From assembly GCA_046563655.1 (NCBI GenBank), contig CM102290.1:5270001-5334000 (forward strand): a stretch of 64,000 nt of DNA, written 5' to 3'. Of the stretch, positions 1-11,833 are shown piece after piece (the first letter of the stretch is position 1; each line of letters starts with the position of its first letter). Origin of the DNA: Yuukianura sp. NJ FZ-2021. Lineage: Eukaryota. Both the position numbers and the translations under genes were made by a program. The notes under the pieces were generated by a model, which saw nothing but the letters and a program-made list of their open reading frames with translations, made no database searches and was not told the DNA's origin.

Positions 1-268
1 TAACTCTGAAACTACTGGACCGATTGTCAATATGTCCCCACAACTGAATGGTTAATGAATTAATTAATCGGTTTCCGGTTTGACAGGAAGTGGACAACTT
101 CCATGTCAAAGGTCAAGGTCAAATATTATTTTAAGGCATAATTAAAAAAAATGACATCTACAAAAGTTGTTCATCTCATTGAGGTGAACAACTTTTGTGT
201 ATAAGTGAGAGGTCAGGATCATCTACACAACACTCGTTAGCCTTCACCCGCTTTAGTATTCATTTCGC
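1..268. mobile_element. Partial Helentron/HINE-like non-autonomous element
   Basis: AAACTACTGGACCGATT core near position 9 and a long hairpin CAAAAGTTGTTCATCTCA-T-TGAGGTGAACAACTTTTG (161-197). These resemble invertebrate rolling-circle non-autonomous elements; the family call is from pattern only. Confidence 0.4.
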
Positions 269-1371
269 TACTTACTTACCGCGTTTATACCGATTTATTT
301 CCATTTAAAATTTTTTGCTTTTACTTTGATAATTTAGTTCTAAACTGAAAAGGGTTGATTTTAAGCAAATCAGATTTTTCCTTGTAGTCATCCATTTTTT
401 TTTTCAAAAATCGGCGACTTTTGAGCGTGAAAATAATGTTTTTAAAAACTTGTCTAAGTAAAAAGTTGCTGATGATGGAAAAATTGAAATGAAGAAAAGC
501 TTTCTCCGGTTGTTGCAAGGAGAAAGTTTGAGTTTGGAGCCAATTTGCGTGAAAAGAGAAAACAGGTATTACTGAAGTTCCTGACTTTTCACTTTTAGTA
601 AAGAAAAGTGAAAAGTGAGTGATCCTGTCATTATTGCCAAGGAGGGAGTAACTATTTTCGACTGAAGATGATATGTAAAGTGAAGTTTCCCTTTCAACCA
701 TGTTAACTTTCTTTTTACTAATCCATTTTTCGTTTACTCTTTAACAGGCTGTTAGCCATATGGAATTCATATCTCCTTTCCTACACGCGCTTCTTTCACT
801 CAACTGACTTTCAATTCAAAAATTACTCGCTCAAAAAAAGTTCAACAAAGTTTCGTCTCATCTTTTCACTTTACTTTTTTCTTATATTATCAATAAACTT
901 TTACCGTAAAAGTTCAAGGAAGGGTCGAAGGTCCTTAAGAAATAGAAACTCAAATCCCAGCATTTTGTGAACACTTTTCAACATTGGACAATTTAAACTC
1001 TGCGGTGAATATTTGCGTATTTACGGTAACTCTTACAGTTTTCTACACTTTGGAATTTGTTTAGATTTCTCCTTTTTTCGCTTTTTTTTTGTCAAAAATG
1101 TTTGAGATTTTACTTTGACTTTTTGCTTTTCTAGGGCCTTATGCATTGTTGCTTTTTTCATTTAATAACAGCAAGTTCACTTTTGATCTCACAAGCGGAA
1201 CTGTTTTCACTCAACTTGCTTGTACTGACAGCAACACGCGTCCTCGACGCGAGAAATCTTTTGGAGCACAGCGGACCAATCAGAACGCAGCGGCAGATTT
1301 ATAGTTTGATAAAGTGACTCTGAAAAACTTATTACTTAAACTCTGCTGGACAATTTTGTGTTCCGCCAAAA

Positions 1372-1655
1372 CTATGAGGGGGATGTTGCAAAAAAAGCAT
1401 GAGGAGAAAGTTGCAAAAAACTATGAGGGGGAAGTTGTGAAGAAAGTATAAGAAAACAAAGTTGCAAAAAAATATGAGGGGGAAGTTTCAAAGAAAGCAT
1501 GAGGAGAAAGCTGCAAAAAAATATGAGGGGAAAGTTGCAAAAAATTATGAGGGGGAAGTTGCGAAGAAAGTATAAGGGAGAAAGTTGCAAAAAAATATGA
1601 GGGGAAGCATGAGGAGAAAGTTTCAAGAAGAGTATGAGGGAGAAGTTGCAAAGAA
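1372..1655. repeat. ~20-22 bp minisatellite (ATGAGGGGGAAGTTGCAAAAAAA-like) in the GPCR intron
   Basis: About a dozen degenerate tandem units, directly visible. They explain the repetitive spurious ORFs 1372-1911 and 1421-1708. Confidence 0.9.
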
Positions 1656-1685
1656 AGATGAGTGGATGAAATGAGCATGTCGTAC

Positions 1686-3665
1686 CTGCACAAATGGGCA
1701 AAACGCACACATAAATTCCGGAAGATCCCATCGCTGAAGAAGAGCTGCTTGGAATTGAAATGGAATTGCGAAGAGTCCGATAATAATGTCTGCCAGGCTT
1801 AAGTTTGCCAGTAAGAAGTTGGTCACGGTTCGCATCCTTCGTGAAAACTACAACGAAAAAAAAATTGATGAAAAAGAAATTAGTCTGATGAGATTCGAAC
1901 CCACGACGCAACTCAAATACTCATTTCAACGTTTTCTCCTCAATGAGTTTGAGTTTTGAGCAGAGCGTGGTTTCCGCTCTAAATACTCATCTTTTATTTC
2001 AAAATTATGTCAATTTAGAATGTAATGTGAAAGTCACGAATTTCTTAAAAGTACACGAATGGACAGAAAGGCGCCAATTTTTTTTGAAATCCAAAAAAAA
2101 AAAACGGCACTGGTGGGAATTCAAAGTCGTTGAATTATGAACGATGGCTTTTGTACTTATGAAAAAACGGGGAAACAGAAATGCAAAAACTGCTAAACTT
2201 TAAAAAATTTAAAGTTTCGCGATTTTAATTCTTTATTTTCCTAAGTAACTTTAGCACAAAAATTTTGACGTGTGTTTCACGTAAAATTTCATCATAAATT
2301 ATTTTCTTGTAAATTCACCAGAGACTTGTTTGAATTTTAAATTTTGTAAGTTGTAATTCAAATGTTTGAAAAAATGCGGGAAATCAAGAGCATTTCAAGT
2401 CCAAGGACAATTAAGACAAAGTGGTCCGTAGGGATGCAGATCACTTTCGCTTTTATTTCATTAGGCTCCATTTCAATCTTGTTTTTCTATTCACGTGCCA
2501 ATTTCAAATTCTTATTTCCATTTGAATTTTTTAAACTTCGCATTCTGCATTTAAAACAAATCAAATGGTTCTCAAAACTCTCTTTTGATTTTTCAAACTG
2601 CCTAATTATCATTTTCAATTGCTCTAAATTCCAAACATGCTAATGATCCAGATCATGAAAAAAATCAATACTGAACTTAGAAGTTCCCGTTCAAACAATA
2701 AAAAGCTTCGCCTTTGTTGTTTTAACGGCTAATGTTTGCAAATTAAAAAAATACGTTTTTTTAAAGCATTATGTAGGAACGAAGCAGGAAATTATTGTTT
2801 TTCACTTTTTTTTTTGGAAAATTACATGCTTGATTTTTGGAAATTGCTGTACGCTATTTCAAAAAAAATTTCAAAAAATATTTTGAGACATTTGAAAACT
2901 TGGCATTTTGAAGTGAATTTTGGGTTTGAATATTTCAAGATTTCCGCTGCCTGTTTCGACAGTTTCTAGAAACTGTACAATGGTACAATTGAAGTAACTT
3001 TTTAATAATAATACTGCATGCTAAATTTTTGTTGTTGTTCAAAAGCCTAGTTTTAATTTGAACAGAACAGAGACATCAAATTTTACATAAAGTAATTATC
3101 TGTTACACAACAACGCACGGAGGAGGATTGAAATGCAGATGCGTTGTTCCACCAATTTTGATTTTCAAAACATCTTCTAGAGCAATAAGTTTTTCGTTTA
3201 CATAATTTAAGCAATTTTGTTTTCAATTAAAATCACAAATTTTAAAGTAAACTTTCACAACAAATAAAAATTGGAACTTAAAAAATTAAAAAAGACACGG
3301 AGGGAGAAAACAAAGGTTTTCCAACTTTTCCACTTTCCTCACTACCGTTGAATTTTCAAATTCAATTTCGGAGTTTACAAATTTTGAAAAACTCAAAAAA
3401 AAAGTTATTTTTTAATCTTGTTCAATTTAAAACTTACCAAAACGACCCATAGTACAAGTCCATTTCCAGCTACCGCCGCCAGTGAAATTGTTCCGTAGAA
3501 TGTTGACAGCATCACCACCACACCCAGTGGCACTTGGTACAGCTCAGTTTCATCAAAATCAGCCCCAAAATTTGAAAAGTTATTCGCGCTCACGTTCAAC
3601 AGTGGACCAGGTCTGGACTCTGACATTGCCGTTGGCCCATCAAAAATTTCCAGGTCAGTGGCCAT
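1686..3665 (-). CDS. Lkr: Leucokinin (kinin) receptor-like class A neuropeptide GPCR, first two coding exons (3665-3438, 1847-1686); the rest lies left of the window
   Basis: Spliced peptide ...LYQVPLGVVVMLSTFYGTISLAAVAGNGLVLWVVL|FSRRMRTVTNFLLANLSLADIIIGLFAIPFQFQAALLQRWDLPEFMCAFCPFVQ covers TM1 to the start of TM3. The IPFQFQAALLQ.W.LP.FMC.FCPFVQ motif is typical of kinin receptors. GT-AG phase-0 junctions. Confidence 0.85.
1872..1980 (-). repeat. Degenerate tRNA-derived SINE-like element
   Basis: Minus strand starts AGAGCG like the copies at 50396 and 51245 and contains B-box GGTTCGAATC; the A-box is poor. Confidence 0.35.
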
Positions 3666-4589
3666 TTCAAATTTAAAAAAAAACACTTTTTAAAAACCAA
3701 AAAAAAAACTTTTAAAAAACTTTCACTTTGAGCCGATTCCCTCAAATAAACTTTCTCTTCTAAACCACAGTCACGCAAGAGAAATGAAATTCAGAGTTGC
3801 CCAAAATCTTTTCAAAAACGTTTGAAACTTTGGAAAAACGTTTTTTAAAAAATGAGCCCTTAGAACAAAATGTGTAACTCAATGGCACTTCCTGTTTGCT
3901 TGTACGTTTGAAAACATGCTGGTCTGTTGAAGTTGCTGACTCTTCCTCGATTTAATCTTGTTTTTGGACAAATGACTTTATGTGGACGTCAAGCGTTGTT
4001 CAAACGTCAAGTTCTGTTCGAAACAGCGTTGACTTTGTTCGGGACAAAGTGAAAATGGACTTTCTCAGCGTAGGGACAAAAGCCAAGTGACTTGGACCGA
4101 CTCCGCTGCTTCCAAAAGGCTTGACAGCGAGCAGACTCTGGACGCTATTCAGCTCCATTGAAGCAACTTTCTCCACTTTCTCTCTCAATGACTCCACAAA
4201 CTTCAAAGGAATACGCTATGCATAGGCAAGGCATGGCATAACCAATTCATTGTGTTTAAAAGTTACACTTAAAGATATATGAAAACTCCAAAATTTACTT
4301 CATTTAACTTTGGAAACTTCAGTACCTTCAAATTAAATTCTTAATTGCTTTTCAAAAACATTCAATTTTAAAACAGAAGTTTCTACTGTAAATTTTTGGA
4401 AATAGAGAGAGTCAGTGGAAATGAAAAGTGAAGGGAAGCGATAACTTTCACTTTTGCTAATGTTCCAAATAAGACATTCAAAATGTCTAGTTCAAACACA
4501 TTTGAACAGCCAACAACACATAGCTAAATTCCAGTCATCTATTTTGCAAAAACCCACGTCGTAAACAAAATTATTCAACACCAAATTAA

Positions 4590-4899
4590 CGGTAGCACGC
4601 CATTATTCCGAACGGAATTCTTCCGAATGAATTGTTCCGAAAGACATTTTGTTCCGAAATTAAATACACTTGCATTAATGTATTACTGTAGTAGGGTACG
4701 CTGTAAATCATAAGGTTAGGATATTATTCTTAGCAATTTAATTTTCGGAGCAATTTATTCGGAAAAATTCATTCGGAATTCATCAATTCATTTTTCCATC
4801 GACTATTTCTCAGGGTTGTTGTTCTCTTCTCTTGGGAAAAGAATTCATTTGGAACAATTTGTTTCGGAGCAATTCATTCGTACCAATGACATAGAACCC
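4590..4899. mobile_element. Degenerate foldback-like MITE (TTCCGAA units left, TTCGGAA units right)
   Basis: Inverted arrays of short units around a central GGTTAGG. Termini resemble the element at 58460-58715. Confidence 0.5.
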
Positions 4900-5145
4900 A
4901 AAACGTTGTAGCATCTCTTAGAAAATGAAGTTACTTAAAACATTTTTGAAAAATGGAGTTGTTGAAAACCTGAATTTGCGTTTTTTAAACCACTAATTTT
5001 CAATCAAATATTTTTGATTTGTTATTTATTAATCAAAAGGGAATTCTGCTTGGAACAAAGTCTTTTGAAGAGGATTCAAACAAAAAGTAGAATTATTGAC
5101 TTTTTAAGACTAAAAATTGAAAAAGACTTCTCATTTTTTTTTCAT

Positions 5146-5841
5146 TAGGCCCTTTCAGATAAAACTGATTAATCCAAATTGCGATTAATCGCTAAAAGTG
5201 ATTAATCAGAACTATCTGAGCGCACCGATTCTTTCGAGTGATTAAAATTTTGATCACGTGGTTTTTCGAGCGGGTATTAGCAAAAAACTTATCTTTGATT
5301 TCTTTTCTAATTAACAATTCTGCGTAACAAATTAATGGGGACATCGAAGTCGGAGAAGCAACAGTTACTACAAACAAGAATTATTTTTACATGTAATTGC
5401 GTCCGAGTTTGTCGTACCAGGATCAACATCACATCTAGTCCCGATTCCGAAAGACGATTTGCTGAATTTCTTGCTACTCGTCCAGCAGTTTCGCTCCCTT
5501 AATGACAGGGTTTCCATTGACTTGAAGTGTCACTGGCCATGACTTCAGCTGCTCATCGTGGCATTTCAACAATTAACTAACTTGGTTAACCAGTAGTTTT
5601 ACTTTAGAATTAGTTAGAATACTTGAGAATTAGAATGGAAGTCCAACTCACATGTGAGAGCAAGAAAAGAATCAAAACAAGACTGATTAATCGAAAAATA
5701 AACCACCTTTTCGTGGTTTATTTTTTAAGCGCTTATTTTATAATCAGTCTCTTCTGCGCATGCGCAAAACCCTTCCGATTAATCACTTTTGTACCGATTA
5801 ATCACTTTTTCCGATTAATCCGTTTTATCTGAAAGGGCCTA
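5146..5841. mobile_element. MITE with terminal inverted repeats, TA-flanked
   Basis: TAGGCCCTTTCAGATAAAAC at 5146 and GTTTTATCTGAAAGGGCCTA ending 5841 form a perfect 20-bp IR; subterminal GATTAATC palindromes on both sides. Confidence 0.8.
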
Positions 5842-8800
5842 TTCTTTGTTCAAATAAAGTTTGACTTTTGAAATTCCCCAGGTCTCCAAAGTGAATCAAA
5901 ATCTTTTCGTTAAAGATAAAGAAGATTTTGTTGTACAAAAAAAAAGAAGTTTTGGGGAGATTTAAGTAAAAAGTGACATTTTCACTTTCCCTGATTCCAG
6001 TTTTCTAAAAAGAATGGATTAGAGAAGACTGAAATTTTAAAAAGCGGATGTCAATCCTTTGCCGTTTCTTTCATTTTTTCCATCTTGATTTTTTTGCTAT
6101 AAACGCCCAGTTAGTCTTTCTTCTTTGCAAAAAAAAATACTTTAAACAAGTTTTTTTGCAAAGTTTTTTTTTAAAGTTGTTGCTTAAAGTGTTCTAAAAA
6201 TGGAAGATGGAATTATGGCTTGTGCTGTATTTTTTTTGAAGTGAAGCTTTTTTCCAATAACATTTTGGATGGGAAAATTCAAATTTATTGAATCAAGTAT
6301 CCGTGACGCGGGAAGGAATTTGTATGGAATAGAAAAAAAAAGTTTTGCAGCGGAAAATTCCAAATTCTTGAAAAGAAAAAGTAGCAAGAGACATGTAGTA
6401 TGGCTTTTGCAATAAAAACACCGTTTTGTACAGAGCGGTTTTTTTAAAAGTACAAAACGAAACCGCAACAAAAATCGATCAGAATTGGAAAGTTCTGCGA
6501 GTTATCTATTCATCCCATAAGAAAAAGTTTTTTTTGAAAAACATTTTTGGTTTTGGGTTTTCAAAAAATAGCTCGGTACTTGTTATTTGTAGATGGATGG
6601 TGCGGAACGAGGCGGGAGACTACAATGTATCCATGGTTGCAAGTCAAAGTGTAAATAGATGGAAGGAACTTGAGCGTTTGAATTCAGCGACTGAAGCGAT
6701 GATGACTGGAACAAGTCAATATTTTATTCATGTATGCAGCATGTCCCGCTACAGAAACTCTACAATGTATTAAACCAGAAACGGGCTTCTCGAATAACTT
6801 TTCTTTTGTCAAATTCAAAAAATTGTAATTTTCAAAAATTTCCGAATTTCCCTTGATCCTGTCCTGAACTAAGAACTAAATGTGAGTTTAAAAAAAACAA
6901 TGATCTGTGAAAATGTCGCGGAAAAAAGTTGAAACTGAAAGTGAAAAGTTTTTTTTGAAAATCAGAAAACTTACAACGGGATGATGCGAAGTGTTGTTCA
7001 AAATTTCCAGTTTGAAAGTAAAACTTTCAAATCCAATTTAAAAATTTCGGAACGAGGTGTCACTTCCAATTAGTTCTTTTCAAATGTCAAATCTTGGCAA
7101 AAAGTGTCAAAGTCCGAATTGAAACTAATTTTTTGACAGTTGGGGCTAGATTAACGTCTCTGTAAAAGTGGCGGTAGTTTTGATTTCAATTAACCACAAT
7201 GTGAATCAATCAATTGCTATGCAAGGTTACAAGAAGGCAAAATTAATTTTAAAAACAATTTTGTCAAAACCCGAATTTTCAAAAAACTTCAAAATTAACA
7301 TTTTGCATTTTGTTGTTTGAGCTTAACCGCTTGAGTTCAGAGAAGCTTCATGTTACCACAAAACCTCAACCAAACATCATCGTTCTACTTTTTCAAAAAA
7401 AGGCGGTATCGATTTCTAGTTTCAATTCAAAATTTTTTACCGCTCCTTATGCACTTATTACTTTGAATTTTTGAAATGAGATTTTCCCGGACATATTTGT
7501 TCTATTCTCATTTGAGGTAAAAGAAAAGCCCGTAAAGTTCAAAATATCGAAAGAAAGAAAATGGTAGGAAGTTTGGTGGGAGTTGCATAGGAATGGAATT
7601 TGTGAAATTTAGATCAGAATCAAAGATGGACAGATATAAGATGAAATGGATAGGAAATGTATATTGCAGAACACGTAGACACTCTAGCTCCGACCATATT
7701 AAATTCCTCCAAGTCCATGCACAATTCAATGTTATCTTTCCATCGACACAGGAATTCTACGCCTCACTTCGACCAAATCCACATGCAACACACTCTTTCA
7801 ACCCTTAACTTCTTCCAGAACGACTCCAAATTTTATGTGGTCACAACTGTTCAACTTCTGCCGAAATTCAACCATTTTTATGCAACTTCACACTCCTTTA
7901 ACAAAAACGACCAAAATATTACACAAATACGTGTCAAAATGTTTCAAAAAACCGAAAAACTAGTGTATTCAAAATTTTGGAAAAGTATGATTTAATAGAA
8001 ACTGTTTTTATTTCAATCAACTCCGTTCATTCTTTGCAGTAGCATTGATTTTTCTTCGTTTTTCAAATTTTCATGCATATTACCGAAAGACTTGTTCAAG
8101 CTGAATTTGTTTGGATTCAAAAAAAAGAAGAAAAGAAGAATAGAATTCAAATTCTGAAATCTAATTTCATTTTTACAGCATCCCGCGTCAACTTTTGAAT
8201 CTTGGAGGTGAACACGTTGTTTTGTAAAGGCATGATTGAATAGAGAAAGAGAGAGAAAGTGTGAGAAAAGGTGTGAAAAGTGAGTGTCCTTGTCACCTTT
8301 GGTTGGAATCTCTGGTTTTAGAAGCAAGAATTGCAAGGAACGAGTCTTTTTTCATTTTGAGAGGTCAAATGAATCAAGGCGCGATGAAAGATGAGTTTGC
8401 GACTTGAGGAGATTTGAAATTCCTCATCCCACTGGAACCTATTCTGCTATGGTTTCAAGGTCAAGGTCACCCGGAGACTATCTTCTAATGCTATTTTCTT
8501 CGCTGCACTTTCGCTTTGCAAGGAAGATGACTTACGGCCACTTTCTCCTCCAAATTGCTTTTTCTGAAGATGGACCACGTCTTGTTTTCACGCCTTTCTC
8601 ATTATTACGCTCTTCGCAAGCTTTTTTCCATTTGAGAAAACCACTTTTTCTGGTCTATAAAAACTATTTTTTTATTTAGCCAAAATTAGTAATTAGGATT
8701 TCAAAAATCCCGCTCTCTCCTTTGATTTATTTTCGTGCTACGCACTTCTGGCGCGTACTAAAATCCCAGCAAGGATTTAATAACTTTTGTCGTTGGAAGT

Positions 8801-9057
8801 TTTGGAAAAAGGAGCTTTTCTCAAAGTAAAAAACATCACTTTGTTTTAAATTTCTGTTTTTAGTATAAAAAGCGCGTGTTTCCAAACATCAAATGGGACA
8901 AAGTGAGGAAAGGGCTTTAGTCTTCTCGTTCTCATCAAAGTTGAAGTAAAGATGAAGCGATTTACTCAGCCCCGTTTCAGAGACATGCAAAAGGCTAATG
9001 ACGATAATGAGCTTTCCATTACAATTTAATCCGCTCGTTCCATACATCCCTTTTTAT

Positions 9058-9296
9058 CAAGGTTTGTATACAAGAAAATAGTTCTTCCCTTCAACAGGTT
9101 AGGCAATAACCCGAGCTTTTTAAAATTTGTTAAAAAATTAGCAGAACTAGGTTTACACCGTGCCTTTCTATGGCGATGATTTATATGTAGTCAAATGGGA
9201 TTGGAGGAAAAAGTTGTTCGGGGCGAGATTTTTTTAAAACAGGACTTATTGCTTAACCTGTTAAAGGAAAACTAATTCGTTGCTATAGGAAACTTA
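9058..9296 (+). mobile_element. CAAGG-terminated MITE, copy A (divergent subfamily)
   Basis: Starts CAAGGTTTGT and has inverted AACAGGTT/AACCTGTT subterminal motifs. Flanked by CCTTTTTAT / CCATTTTAT (8/9 match). Confidence 0.7.
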
Positions 9297-9350
9297 CCAT
9301 TTTATCTTCTGAAAACGGCTCATGCGCAATAAAAAATTGGCGTTTCCTGA

Positions 9351-9559
9351 CACCAGTTGCCCAGGATTTTCAAAAATCCGAAACGGATGTGCTGAATGTG
9401 CAACTTTTGCGTTTAACATGCATTTGTAAAGCAAGAAAAAAAAGTACGTATTTCCTGTACTTTATGTACAAAATGAAACGTAAGAAGTGAAAACTATAGT
9501 TAATGAGAAGGTTATTTTAGAAACCGAAAGTACATTTGACCGCCGGAGGGCAACTGGTG
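9351..9559. mobile_element. Small MITE
   Basis: 12-bp inverted termini CACCAGTTGCCC ... GGGCAACTGGTG. Confidence 0.5.
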
Positions 9560-10702
9560 AAATTGTAGAAGAATTAAGTCGTAATGCTTAGGTTGGCATA
9601 CGTTTAACTTTGTTATTTTAAGGATTAAGGGTACTTTTCAATTAAGTTTTCAAAAGGCGACTTTCACTTTTGCACTTTTCAGCTTAAAATGGAAATGAAA
9701 GGTGAAAGTTGATGTGCCTAACGTTTGTGGTACAAAGTTAGGTTATCTCTGTATTCACATAGGTTAGGTTATGCCACTTAAATAGGAATCGCTTTTAGTC
9801 AAACGACGCCACTTCCGAAATAGACCAAAAAAGTAATTTTGTTTGAGATGAAGAAGGAAATAACCCCAGCATCAAAGCAAACCACTCTAACTCTCTCCCG
9901 CCCTCTTCCAATAATTGCGTTTCATTCTCACTACCATTACTACTGACCGACTTTTCCAAAAACACAATTCAAAATCACTTTTTTCAAAAAAAAAAAAAAA
10001 AAAAGAAAACTGAAAATGTGAAGCTCTTTTCACTATTTCAGAAAAAGGGAAACACAAGGAAATGTTTGTTGCAAAACTTTTTTTTAACGGGAAAGTCGTT
10101 TAAGTTTTTTGTCCATTCTAGGTTATGACAAAGTCATTTTTAATTTAAAATGTAAAAGGTTATAGTTAATTTTTTCTCCTGTGCAGTTTTTGATTAGTTT
10201 TTTGCAGCGTCGCCCCTAGCAACGTCTTAGATTGAAGTAATTTCCATCTAGATTTTAGGCCGAGTTTGGAATTTTGCTTGAATTGTTCTCTAAAATTGCA
10301 AATTCAAAGAAAAGAGTTGTTTTAAGTTTTAATAAGTCAGTTAAAATTATTATGATACAAATGAGTTAAATTTAGTAAAAGCAAAAAAAGTAAAAGCAAA
10401 AAAGTGAAGTGGTGAAAGTTGAACGAAAAGGAGCCAAGGTAACAGTAGCTCAGCAGCAACATTGCGTTCGGAAAAAAATTGAAATTTTGGCTATAAATCA
10501 AAAGGAAACTTAGATTTTGAACATTTTTACAAATATTTTTCAAAATTTTTAAGTCTCACAGTAAATTGACTCTTTTGGAGGAATTGAGGGTTTCTCTTAG
10601 TAATAAGCTGAATCATCCTTGACGCAGTACACCGCCTCTGGAACAAACTCCAATTTTCAAATTCAATTTCTTTGATGACTCAAATTAAAATTGTGTTAAA
10701 TA

Positions 10703-11427
10703 TTAATTAATTAACATGTAATTAGAAGTACGTGGAGCGAAGATCCTGTGTCGCGTGTGTGTGACTTTCCTCCTCGGGCTGTAAACATACATGGTCACAA
10801 AGAAGAAAAGCGAGAAGATAGAAAACATGGCGGGCACAATGAAGGCGGCCAGGGCCTGACCAACCGTCTGCCCAACGGATAGGCTGCTTGCATCAACATC
10901 GCCAGACAAGGTTCCTTGACAACAAAAAATGAATTTTCTTTAACAGGTTGAGTACTACCTCGCTTGCTGACAAAAAAATGAAAAATACAAGAATTAGTAC
11001 CAATGCATAAAATTGGTACCAATTCGTATGTAAAATTAAAAAAATTCCGCTATATTGTTATGACTACGATATCATGAAATGAAAGACACTTTTTTTTTGC
11101 AAAATCGAAAAAACATGAGGTATTACTCAACCTGTTAAAGAAAATCAAAGTCAACAAACCTTGATCCCCAGAGGACTCGGCAGCCCACTTAATCACGTAA
11201 GTATCCGACATATCCGCCGTTTCGACTGACCCTACATTAGTCTCAATGTCGTCCCTACAACAAATTCAAATGCAACAAAGTTTAAGGTCAAAGGTCAAAG
11301 GTCAAAGGTCAAGGTCAACTTACATCTGAATGATTTCTTGTTCCGTTTCTTCTATGCTAATCAATCCTCTTGCGGAGGTCACCGCAGTCAACAGCGACGT
11401 AACAATCACAACTCTCATGATATTCAT
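10703..11427 (-). CDS. Orphan 136-aa type I membrane protein (exons 11427-11324, 11254-11160, 10914-10703)
   Basis: Spliced ORF MNIMRVVIVTSLLTAVTSARGLISIEETEQEIIQM-DDIETNVGSVETADMSDTYVIKWAAESSGDQG-TLSGDVDASSLSVGQTVGQALAAFIVPAMFSIFSLFFFVTMYVYSPRRKVTHTRHRIFAPRTSNYMLIN*. It has a signal-peptide-like start, acidic ectodomain, one TM helix and a basic tail. Intron 1 is GTAAGT...TTGTAG in phase 2, and all phases are consistent. Confidence 0.7.
10907..11163 (-). mobile_element. CAAGG-terminated MITE, copy B, inserted in a coding exon; forms predicted intron 11159-10915
   Basis: Termini CAAGGTT...AACCTTG with subterminal IR TTTTCTTTAACAGGTTGAGTA. Flanking duplication ATCGCCAGA / ATCCCCAGA. Closely similar to the copies at 45013 and 48099. 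Confidence 0.9.
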
Positions 11428-11820
11428 TTTTCAAAAAATCGATTTCTAAAAATCAAAACAAAAATTAAAAAAAAACTTAAAAGTCAATATCAATCAAAAC
11501 CAAAAAAAGAAAGAATTGCGTTTTGAAATTTAAAATATTAAAATACATGTAACAGCTTACAAAATAAGTTGAAAATGGAGGTTACTAATTGCAATACGCT
11601 ATTAATTAACTAAGTTAATTAAGTAATTAAGATGTTAGTGTGATTGTTGTGCTTTCGGTGAGCGTTGAGTTACTTGTGACTTCATCGGGAGTGGAAACAG
11701 CGTCATTTAAATTAAATCCGAGACACATAATAGACTTTGCCACTTTAATTTCGCCTTCTTAAGACTCCCCCTCCTCCCACATCCAATTGACCAAGTGACG
11801 TTTGACCTTCAAAAGGTCAA

Positions 11821-11833
11821 AGGTCAATGACCT
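11821..11833. promoter_or_regulatory. Perfect IR1 nuclear-receptor element AGGTCAATGACCT (EcR/USP consensus)
   Basis: Exact palindrome ~400 bp upstream of the orphan membrane gene ATG, with extra AGGTCA/TGACCT half-sites directly adjacent. Confidence 0.4.
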
